DNA from: Erysipelotrichaceae bacterium
GTDB lineage: Bacteria; Bacillota_I; Bacilli_A; Erysipelotrichales; Erysipelotrichaceae
Direction of reading: 5' to 3'
Length of the DNA stretch: 64,000 bases
NCBI GenBank assembly: GCA_015058955.1
Contig: SVBJ01000004.1
Coordinates: 29,382-93,381, forward strand
Part shown: positions 36,685-44,506 of the stretch, piece after piece
Layout: each line of letters begins with the position of its first letter
How positions within the stretch are numbered: position 1 is the first letter of the stretch
Position numbers and translations under genes: made by a program
The notes under the pieces: model-generated
Databases searched by the model: none
Told to the model about the DNA's origin: nothing
The model's input: only the letters and a program-made list of their open reading frames with translations

Positions 36685-37641
36685 ATGGTAGAGGATATTG
36701 TTGTATTTTCACTGACATCTTGTAAGAATCTGACAGCGGAAATTGTTAAATATCTGGGAGTTGAAGAAGGAAAGATCGACGTCAGACACTTCGCTGACGG
36801 AGAAATCCTGATCGAACCGGGACAGTCTGTCAGAGGTAAGCATGTATTCATCGTTCAGAGTACCTGTTCACCGGTCAACGAGAACCTGATGGAAGTGCTC
36901 ATTGCGGCTGATGCCTGCAAGAGAGCCAGCTGTAAGGAACTTACGATCGTGCTTCCTTATTTCGGTTATGCCAGACAGGACCGCAAGGCTAAGCCAAGAC
37001 AGCCTATTACTGCCAGACTGGTAGCTGACTTACTGACAGTTGCCGGTGCGGACAGAGTTGTCTGTATTGACCTGCACGCAACACAGATCCAGGGCTTCTT
37101 TAAGATACCTACTGACAACCTGACAGCCATGGAAATGCTGGGTCAGTATTTCCGCCATAAGAATCTTAAGGATGTTGTCGTAGTATCCCCTGACCATGGC
37201 GGAGCAACCAGAGCCAGAAAGCTGGCCGACTGTCTGCATGACGCTCCAATCGCCATCGTTGACAAGAGAAGACAGCAGGCTAACGTGGCTGAGGCTATGA
37301 ACCTGGTCGGTGATGTTGACGGCAAGGACTGCATCATCGTTGATGACCTGGTAGATACCGGCGGATCACTGATCGGCTGTATCGACATCCTGAAGGAACA
37401 CGGTGCCAGAAAGGTCTACTGTGCCGCTACTCATGGAGTATTCTCTCATAACGCTCTGGAAAGGATCGCTGCCAGTGACATTGAGGAATTCGTCATTACC
37501 AATACGATCGAGCATCCGGAAGAACGGGTAAAGAACACTCCGAATCTGAAGGTTCTCTCTGTGGGATTCCTGCTGGCCAAGAGCATTGAAGCCATCAGCA
37601 ATAACAAGCCTATTTCTGATGTCTACAATCTGTTCCAGTAA
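36685..37641 (+). CDS. prs: Ribose-phosphate pyrophosphokinase
   Basis: DLHATQIQGFF, VVSPDHGG, IVDDLVDTGGS. Confidence 0.95.
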   Translation: MVEDIVVFSLTSCKNLTAEIVKYLGVEEGKIDVRHFADGEILIEPGQSVRGKHVFIVQSTCSPVNENLMEVLIAADACKRASCKELTIVLPYFGYARQDRKAKPRQPITARLVADLLTVAGADRVVCIDLHATQIQGFFKIPTDNLTAMEMLGQYFRHKNLKDVVVVSPDHGGATRARKLADCLHDAPIAIVDKRRQQANVAEAMNLVGDVDGKDCIIVDDLVDTGGSLIGCIDILKEHGARKVYCAATHGVFSHNALERIAASDIEEFVITNTIEHPEERVKNTPNLKVLSVGFLLAKSIEAISNNKPISDVYNLFQ

Positions 37642-37661
37642 TTGATTATTCAGACAAAATG

Positions 37662-37688
37662 AAAAGAGGTTCGATGAACCTCTTTTTT
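37662..37688. terminator. Bidirectional intrinsic terminator (prs / oatA-like convergent)
   Basis: aaaagaggttc-gat-gaacctctttt flanked by A- and T-runs. Confidence 0.7.
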
Positions 37689-37694
37689 CTGTAC

Positions 37695-39932
37695 TTACTG
37701 ATTAATGTTTTCAATGATGTAATCGGCAAAAGCCTGGGAGCCGTTTTTGGTCAGATGCTTGCGGTCAAAGGCGAAGAATTCAGGATGTTCCTTCTTCATG
37801 TTGCTCCAGTCAAGCACGGTGACGTTACTGTAGTTACCTACCACGGCATCAATGTTGTCATTGGTCAGGTTACCCTTGTTCATAGGGGTCTTGATGATGT
37901 AGACCTTGCGTCCCTTGCATAGGGTAAACAGATGATCCAGAGTTTCAGTCGTGATGGTCTTGACATTGCCGACGTTAATGAAGATCTTGGCCGGCATGGT
38001 CTTGGAAGAGATCATGGATTCAATGTCAGCGAAGACTGACTCCCAGTCAAGTTCTTCCCGGGTCACGAGGTAGGACTGTTCCAGCCGGGCTTTGAGATGG
38101 TCAACACAGGTCAGCAGGTATCCGTCACCCAAACCCATTACCGAATTGTCAACGTCATAGCCGTATTTACGCATGACGAGGTCTTCGGCAATGCAGTCGA
38201 GAATGTAATTGGTATAGCCTATTCTTCCCTCAGGAGTAAGGTGAATGCCGTCATAATAGAAGTATTCACTGTGGTTCCGGGAATATGTTTCCCAGTCAAT
38301 GATCGTAACATTCTTGTACTTTTTGCCAGCTGCCAGAATGGTGTCTCTGTTGGCAAACTGCCAGTTGTTGGTAGTTGTCAGGAAATAGACATATCTGTCA
38401 CCGCAGATGGAAACCATCTGATCAAGAGCACTGGCCGGTAACGGACCGTTGGTTCCGGTATGAATGACGACCGGGTTGCCCAGGGTACCGTTGTTTTTCT
38501 GGGACTGCAGGATGTCAATGATAGGATAGTGGGAACGGCTTACTTCAGCATCAAAGTCACCGTTAGGGAAGGTGGCATATAATGTCGGTACCGCTCCGAG
38601 CATGACGGAATCACCGATGCCGGTAATCGGCAGGTTTTTGGCATCAACGTCCCGGATCATCTTCTCCGGGTCATCAAGAAGTGCTCTTTCAGCCATGCGT
38701 TTCTCACGGTATTCCTTCTGCAGTTCTTCCTGCAGTTCGGCGCTGCGGTTAAGCTCAGCTTCCATGTCGGCCATGTCCTGGGTATAGTCCTTGGCCTGGA
38801 TGAACTGTATGGCTCCCTGGAAAGTCGGGATCACCATTACCAGACACAAAGCCAGTTTCATGGCTGTAACAGCATTGAAAGGCTTCATTTTAATGCTTAA
38901 GGCAAAGTGCAGAATTATTGAGACCGCCAGAACGCTGAGGACATACAGGATCAGTCCCGTTCCTTCAAATCCGTTTAACAGTATGAACAGGAACATTAAC
39001 GGGTAATGGGTCAGATAAACTTCATAGCTTATCGAAGCGATGCGGTTTATCACCGGCAGCGATAGTGTACGGTATACTCTGGCACCGCGGTTGGTAACGG
39101 TATTGATAATCACCAGCGTCAGTAATGAAGCAATGATGAATGAATACTTATATAAGCTGTGAGTCTGGTCTATCAAAAAGAACAGGGCAACTAAGGCAGC
39201 CAGTTCAACCGCAAAGATGGTTTCACTGACAAATCTCATTCTCATGAAGTTAAAGGATTTTCTCTTATTGCCGTTGGTACGCCATAAACCTAAGGCCATG
39301 CCCAGAAAAATGGAGAAGATTCTGGCATCAGTGCCGAAGTAAATTCTCATTTCCGGTGCATTTTTATTTATTAGTGCAGGTATTACACCCATGCTGATGA
39401 CGGTCAAAATGACAAACAGAATCAGCATGACGTTGTATTTAATGTAGCGGGTAGCCGCCTTGAAGCCGGCGTATAACAGCGGTACGATCAGTTCAGCCTG
39501 CAGCAGCAGGGAAATGTACCACATGTGGGTAAACGGTGAACTGGTAACACGGGCAAAATAAGACCGGCCGACGGAGATCTGCCACCAGTTGTTATATCCA
39601 CCCAGAACGGAAAGTGACTCAGGCTTCTTGTTGAGCCACATCAGATCCGGAAAGAATGAGATGGCATATAAGGTCAGCAGCACTACCAGTGCCATTGGCA
39701 GATACAGACGGATGATTCTCTTGGAATAATAGGCCGGTATCGAGAAATTCTTCTTATTGGCATTGGATATTACAAACAGATATCCGCTTAATACCAGGAA
39801 AGAGCAGACAGCTAAAAAACCCCCCGGAAGCAATTCGGGATTGATGTGGTAGATCAATACGGCTACGGTGCATAATATCCTGAGGATATCCAGACCGTAA
39901 GCATAGGATTTCTTAGTTGCTGTTTCGGCCAT
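37695..39932 (-). CDS. OatA-like O-acetyltransferase: acyltransferase-3 membrane domain + SGNH domain + second degenerate SGNH-like module
   Basis: About 10 TM in the N-terminal half. First SGNH has GIGDSVMLG, HTGTNG and DGIHLT. The last 148 aa (37698-38141) repeat the fold, with GLGDGYLL, INVGNV and DRKHLT. Confidence 0.82.
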   Translation of the reverse strand: MAETATKKSYAYGLDILRILCTVAVLIYHINPELLPGGFLAVCSFLVLSGYLFVISNANKKNFSIPAYYSKRIIRLYLPMALVVLLTLYAISFFPDLMWLNKKPESLSVLGGYNNWWQISVGRSYFARVTSSPFTHMWYISLLLQAELIVPLLYAGFKAATRYIKYNVMLILFVILTVISMGVIPALINKNAPEMRIYFGTDARIFSIFLGMALGLWRTNGNKRKSFNFMRMRFVSETIFAVELAALVALFFLIDQTHSLYKYSFIIASLLTLVIINTVTNRGARVYRTLSLPVINRIASISYEVYLTHYPLMFLFILLNGFEGTGLILYVLSVLAVSIILHFALSIKMKPFNAVTAMKLALCLVMVIPTFQGAIQFIQAKDYTQDMADMEAELNRSAELQEELQKEYREKRMAERALLDDPEKMIRDVDAKNLPITGIGDSVMLGAVPTLYATFPNGDFDAEVSRSHYPIIDILQSQKNNGTLGNPVVIHTGTNGPLPASALDQMVSICGDRYVYFLTTTNNWQFANRDTILAAGKKYKNVTIIDWETYSRNHSEYFYYDGIHLTPEGRIGYTNYILDCIAEDLVMRKYGYDVDNSVMGLGDGYLLTCVDHLKARLEQSYLVTREELDWESVFADIESMISSKTMPAKIFINVGNVKTITTETLDHLFTLCKGRKVYIIKTPMNKGNLTNDNIDAVVGNYSNVTVLDWSNMKKEHPEFFAFDRKHLTKNGSQAFADYIIENINQ

Positions 39933-40230
39933 ACAATACGTTTCTTTCTGCTTCGCTTAAAGGTTTGTCTTCAACAGTGAAATGAGAAGGGTCCTTCTTC
40001 ATTGAATACTGCTGGGAGTAGAGGTGCTGACCCCGTAAAGAATTCTTGTCTTCCTGAGGTTTGTAATTATACACGGCTTCAATTTTGTTGAGATTGCCGA
40101 TACGTGCCAGGATGACAAAACCCACAAAAATAAAGATTCCCGTGAATCGAGGAGCCAGAAAGGCAGTGACCACGGCAAATCCGACATATACCCCAAAAAG
40201 TATCCGGCGCCCTGCTGCTCTATTTCCCAT
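39913..40230 (-). CDS. Small membrane protein, paralogue of the upstream ORF
   Basis: 105 aa with an N-terminal TM hairpin and C-terminal PLSEAERNVLYGR. Overlaps both neighbours. Confidence 0.55.
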   Translation of the reverse strand: MGNRAAGRRILFGVYVGFAVVTAFLAPRFTGIFIFVGFVILARIGNLNKIEAVYNYKPQEDKNSLRGQHLYSQQYSMKKDPSHFTVEDKPLSEAERNVLYGRNSN

Positions 40231-40501
40231 AAAGCACGTTCTTCTCAGCTTCAGTCAGCGGAGCATCGTGAATTTCGGAGTCCTTGGTAGTGCTCTTGAC
40301 AGAATAAGCGTGTGAATAGTCTACCTGCTGCTGATGAGAACCTTCGCCAGCTTTGGCAGGTGTTTTTGAAGGGATGGTATAACGAGGAGCAGAGTTTTTA
40401 CTGTTAGATCTAGCCTTTCCGATATTAACCATCACTGAGATGAAGATGATCCAGAAGATGACTGGTATTACAAAAGACATAACCTCAAATAAATAATCCA
40501 T
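40220..40501 (-). CDS. Small membrane protein
   Basis: 93 aa with one N-terminal TM and C-terminal PLTEAEKNVLYGK. Confidence 0.55.
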   Translation of the reverse strand: MDYLFEVMSFVIPVIFWIIFISVMVNIGKARSNSKNSAPRYTIPSKTPAKAGEGSHQQQVDYSHAYSVKSTTKDSEIHDAPLTEAEKNVLYGK

Positions 40502-40588
40502 TGATTTAAGCTCCTTTCTTAACTAATAATAATTATATATAAATATATCTCTGTTTTCCACAGAGTTATGTTACTGCAGGCAAATACT

Positions 40589-41824
40589 TTACGCTATCTG
40601 GTCGAACCATTCCTGAATGCGGTGATACAGTCTTCTGAGATGTTTTATAATCCTGCCCCAGAAGTTGTTTTCCCGGGGAACGGTGACCTTCTGCTGCCAC
40701 TGTTCAATGATTCCGTCATCTGATGAAACGGTTATGGTGCCGGTTACTTCATATTCCTCAAGTTCAGATTCAACTTCATCAGGGAAGTCAACGGTAACAG
40801 TGGTGCTTACTGAATCAGGGAGTACTCTGGCAACATCTTTTTCACAGAGAACCACGACGTCTTCATCAGAGAAGCGGTGATGAACTGTGATCTTTTTCAG
40901 AAGATTATCCTGATGGATCAAATCTCTGTAATGCCAGCCGGTCAGGGCAGAGAGAATGGCACTGACATCCCGGTGTGCCGGATTTGTTGAACCTCCCAGA
41001 CTGTGAGCGGTCACGATAATCAGTTCCATGTTGTTGATTTCAGCGTATACTGCCAGACAGTACAGGGCATCGTCGGTATATCCGGTTTTTCCACCAACTA
41101 ATCCCGGTGCAGGGTATGAATGACGTTCAAAACCGCTCCATACGGAATTATTAATGCGTAAACCGAAAGGATAATAATAGGCAGGCGCAATCGTATAACT
41201 CGGGGTCTTGATGATGTCGATAAAGTCCTCATTCTGAATGCAGTACTGCAGCAATGTGGCAATGTCACGGCAGGTTGAATAGTGATTTTCGTCATGAAGA
41301 CCGCTTGGAGTGACAAAATGGCTGTCAGTCATGCCGATTTCTTTGGCTTTTCTGTTCATGTGATCCACGAAGGCAGAAATGGAACCGTCCAGGGTAATGC
41401 CCAGGGCATGAACCGAGTCAGCGGCCGATGGCAGCATTACGCCATACAGCAGGTCTCTTACCGTGGCCACATCACCGGTCGTATAGCCTATTCTGGAAGC
41501 ATCAGCTTCCCATAACCCGGCAATCATCGGCCAGGTTATTTCAATTTTCTGATCCCAGTCAGGATAGCTCTCCAGGGCAATTATCTCAGCTAGCATCTTG
41601 GTCATTGAGGCCGGATACATTCTGGCCTGACTGTTTTTATCCAGCAGGATGGTATCATGGGTTATGTCATATACATAAGCATAATCAGCTTTAAGTTCTA
41701 CTTCCAGTTGATAATCCAGGGCAAAGACAACGCTGAAACAGCTGACAGAGACTGTCAGTACGGTAATTATGGATATGAATAATTGCCTGATTTTACGGTT
41801 AAACTGTTTCATGATTCCCTTCAA
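40589..41824 (-). CDS. D-alanyl-D-alanine carboxypeptidase (S11, PBP5-like)
   Basis: Signal/anchor sequence, SMTK (SxxK) and KTGYT (KTG) motifs. Confidence 0.87.
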   Translation of the reverse strand: MKGIMKQFNRKIRQLFISIITVLTVSVSCFSVVFALDYQLEVELKADYAYVYDITHDTILLDKNSQARMYPASMTKMLAEIIALESYPDWDQKIEITWPMIAGLWEADASRIGYTTGDVATVRDLLYGVMLPSAADSVHALGITLDGSISAFVDHMNRKAKEIGMTDSHFVTPSGLHDENHYSTCRDIATLLQYCIQNEDFIDIIKTPSYTIAPAYYYPFGLRINNSVWSGFERHSYPAPGLVGGKTGYTDDALYCLAVYAEINNMELIIVTAHSLGGSTNPAHRDVSAILSALTGWHYRDLIHQDNLLKKITVHHRFSDEDVVVLCEKDVARVLPDSVSTTVTVDFPDEVESELEEYEVTGTITVSSDDGIIEQWQQKVTVPRENNFWGRIIKHLRRLYHRIQEWFDQIA

Positions 41825-41907
41825 GATTATAACACAGTAAAGGAACTGTCAAAAGGAGTGTTGAAGGCCTTTCTTTGTGGTAAACTTTTGGTAAGAAGAC
41901 TAAAAAA

Positions 41908-42522
41908 ATGAACCGGAGGTTTCCCTTGGCCAGCGAAAACAGCTTATCCATAGATGACATCAACATCAATGACAGCGATGATCAGCTGTATCATCAGTTT
42001 TTGCGCGGAGATGTCTCTTCTTATGATCAGCTGATGATCCGTTATGGCGACAGTGTGACCTTTTACATTAACGGTTATACCAATAACCTGCGGGACGGGG
42101 AGGATCTGATGATCGAAGCCTTTGCCCGCATAATGATCAAGAAGCCGTTCGTTCAGAAAGGGGCCTTTAAGGCCTATCTGTATAAGACAGCCCGAAATCT
42201 GGCGCTGCGTTTCTGTGAAAAACGAAAGGGAGTAACAGTATTCGGACTGGATGAGCTTAACAGGGAGTTATCTGATTCCATTCTGTCGGATCAGGGGACC
42301 GGTGATGGTGAGAAAGAGGCCATATTACACATGTGCCTGGAAAGGATCGATCCGGAATTAAAGGAAGCCCTATGGCTGGTATACTGTGATGAGCTGACTT
42401 ATGCGCAGGCAGCTGAGGTAATGCATGTATCAGTCAAGAGAATAGACCATCTTCTTTCCCGAGGGAAAGAACACATGCGCAGAGAACTTAGAAAGGAGGG
42501 TATCAGCAATGCGTACAAATGA
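41908..42522 (+). CDS. ECF-type sigma-70 family RNA polymerase sigma factor
   Basis: Region 2 (GEDLMIEAFARIM…FKAYLYKTARNLALRF) and region 4 (LTYAQAAEVMHVSVKRIDHLLSRGKEHMRREL). The in-frame TTG at 41926, 6 nt after GGAGG, is a more likely start. Confidence 0.85.
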   Translation: MNRRFPLASENSLSIDDININDSDDQLYHQFLRGDVSSYDQLMIRYGDSVTFYINGYTNNLRDGEDLMIEAFARIMIKKPFVQKGAFKAYLYKTARNLALRFCEKRKGVTVFGLDELNRELSDSILSDQGTGDGEKEAILHMCLERIDPELKEALWLVYCDELTYAQAAEVMHVSVKRIDHLLSRGKEHMRRELRKEGISNAYK

Positions 42523-42847
42523 AGAAAGAATCAGATTAATGCATCAGAAAGCATTGCTGCTGGAGCAGGAAAACAGAGAAAAGAAAATCAGATGGCTGCA
42601 GTACGGCAGTGTCGGTTTGGCTTTTGCCATGACGATCCTTCTGGCACTGATAATGCCGCGCTTTGCCCAGCTCAGCATTGAGGGTGCCGTTCCTGACAAC
42701 ATGATCGCCAGCATCTTTGCCCAGAATAAGACTCTGTCTTTCATCATAATTGCGATCCTGTCTTTCATACTGGGAATTTCCGTAACGGTATTCTGCTACT
42801 GTCTGAAGAAGAGCACGGAAGAGAGGCATATTGATGTTTCTGATTGA
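42509..42847 (+). CDS. Putative anti-sigma factor (short cytoplasmic helix + 2 TM)
   Basis: 14-nt overlap with the sigma gene. MRTNEERIRLMHQKALLLEQ, then two TM segments. Assigned by position and topology only. Confidence 0.45.
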   Translation: MRTNEERIRLMHQKALLLEQENREKKIRWLQYGSVGLAFAMTILLALIMPRFAQLSIEGAVPDNMIASIFAQNKTLSFIIIAILSFILGISVTVFCYCLKKSTEERHIDVSD

Positions 42848-43466
42848 GCAGATCGAAAATGTCTTCCAGCTGGTTGCGCTGGGCATTCTGACTTTTCTGA
42901 CGATTTACAGGTCCGTAACCACTCATAACAGGATCTGGGGTTTACTGTCCATGTTCTATGCTACGGTGACCCTGGGAAATCTGTACTGGTTTCTGTACAT
43001 GATGTTCTATCAGGAAACCCCTTTTTATGATTTCATTCCTGATTTCTGCTGGATGTCTTCGGTTCTGTTTATGGTTGTACTGCTGCTGCAGATCAGAAAG
43101 ACAGAATGGAACTGGAGGGAAAACAAAGCGTACCTGCTGATTCCGGTTTTTACTTTTGCGATGGCGCTGTTTTACATGCGCTGGGGTGAATATCTGTCAA
43201 ACATAGCCTATGCCATTGCCATGACCATACTTTTATACTGTTCCCTGAAGGGGCTGTTTGAGGTTGAAAAAGAATCGCGCAAGAGCACATTGTATTTTGT
43301 GACCACGGCATACTGTGTGGTGGAATACTGTCTGTGGACAGCTTCCTGTTTTTCCTGGGAAGGGTTCATTGTAAATCCTTATCTTATTCTGGATATCATG
43401 CTGACACTGGTGTATATCGCCTTATATCCGGCAGCTGGAAGGGTGGTACGGGATGAATTACATTGA
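42834..43466 (+). CDS. Polytopic membrane protein (about 6 TM), unknown function
   Basis: Overlaps the upstream stop. Highly hydrophobic and Trp/Tyr/Phe-rich. No family recognised. Confidence 0.6.
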   Translation: MFLIEQIENVFQLVALGILTFLTIYRSVTTHNRIWGLLSMFYATVTLGNLYWFLYMMFYQETPFYDFIPDFCWMSSVLFMVVLLLQIRKTEWNWRENKAYLLIPVFTFAMALFYMRWGEYLSNIAYAIAMTILLYCSLKGLFEVEKESRKSTLYFVTTAYCVVEYCLWTASCFSWEGFIVNPYLILDIMLTLVYIALYPAAGRVVRDELH

Positions 43467-44073
43467 GAACATTTACATCTGTCTGGTGGCGCCTATCCTG
43501 ATTTCGATCTTAAGTCTGCGCGGCAGGGGACGTCCGATGATGATCTTTGTCTTCAGTGGCATGACGGCCTGTCTGCTGTCCTCTTACATCAGTACTTTTG
43601 TGGCAGCGATGGCCGGCATGGATTATACGACGGCTTCAATAACCGTCACTCCGGTCGTGGAAGAACTGATGAAGCTGCTGCCGACGCTGTTCTATCTGCT
43701 GATATTTGAACCGAAGAGAAGAGACATTCCATTCTGCCCGATCATGATCGCGGTTGGCTTTGCAACGCTGGAAAATGTCTGCTATCTTGTTCAGAACGGT
43801 TCGGATCAGTTCTTCAATCTGCTGATCCGCGGTTTCGGTACCGGAACGATGCACATGTTCTGCGGCAGTCTGACTTTTGTCGGCATCGTCTTTTTCTGGG
43901 ATAAGCTGTGGTTACGAATTGTCGGAACTTTCGGCTTACTGGCTACAGCCATTACCTACCATGGCATTTACAACATGCTGGTATTACAGCCGGGAACGGT
44001 TTCCTACATCGGTTATCTGATTCCGCTGGTATCCGTTACTCTGTGTGCGCTGTGGTATAACCGCGAGTCGTGA
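43453..44073 (+). CDS. PrsW-family intramembrane protease
   Basis: PVVEELMKLLP (EExxK), GFATLENVCY, GTGTMHMFCG and TYHGIYNML motifs on a multi-TM scaffold. 14-nt overlap with the upstream gene. Confidence 0.72.
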   Translation: MNYIENIYICLVAPILISILSLRGRGRPMMIFVFSGMTACLLSSYISTFVAAMAGMDYTTASITVTPVVEELMKLLPTLFYLLIFEPKRRDIPFCPIMIAVGFATLENVCYLVQNGSDQFFNLLIRGFGTGTMHMFCGSLTFVGIVFFWDKLWLRIVGTFGLLATAITYHGIYNMLVLQPGTVSYIGYLIPLVSVTLCALWYNRES

Positions 44074-44101
44074 GATGAATTTAAGATAAATGTTAAAAAT
44101 T

Positions 44102-44123
44102 AACCGGATTTTCCGGTTTTTTT
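44102..44123 (+). terminator. Intrinsic terminator after the sigma/PrsW operon
   Basis: aaccgg-atttt-ccggtt followed by ttttt. Confidence 0.7.
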
Positions 44124-44194
44124 GTTTTTTGCCGGGGAATTTTCGGTTCCCTACGTATCTATATAAGTGAAAGGACTTAATAGGTTTTTGGGAT

Positions 44195-44506
44195 ATGAGA
44201 TCGGATGAAGAAAGAATTCTGCTGCTTCATCGGAAAGCACAGAAGCTACATTATCAGAAAATGACGAGAACCTTTGGTGCTGTAACAGCGTGTCTGCTGA
44301 TTGCGCTGGTAACAGTGATCGTTAAGGTTGACATACCGCTTCAATCGCTTACCGGCAACGGTCTTGCTGCATCTTCCCTGCTGGGAGAAGAGGCGGGCGG
44401 TTACGTACTGGTTGCGGTGATCTCGTTTGTGGCAGCGGTATGCCTGACGGTGTATTGCATAAAAAGAAGGAACAGAAAAACCTGGGAGGATAAGGAGAAT
44501 CTATGA
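44195..44506 (+). CDS. Paralogue of the 112-aa anti-sigma-like 2-TM protein
   Basis: MRSDEERILLLHRKAQKLHYQ with the same 2-TM layout. Its stop overlaps the next start (ATGA at 44503-44506). Confidence 0.55.
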   Translation: MRSDEERILLLHRKAQKLHYQKMTRTFGAVTACLLIALVTVIVKVDIPLQSLTGNGLAASSLLGEEAGGYVLVAVISFVAAVCLTVYCIKRRNRKTWEDKENL

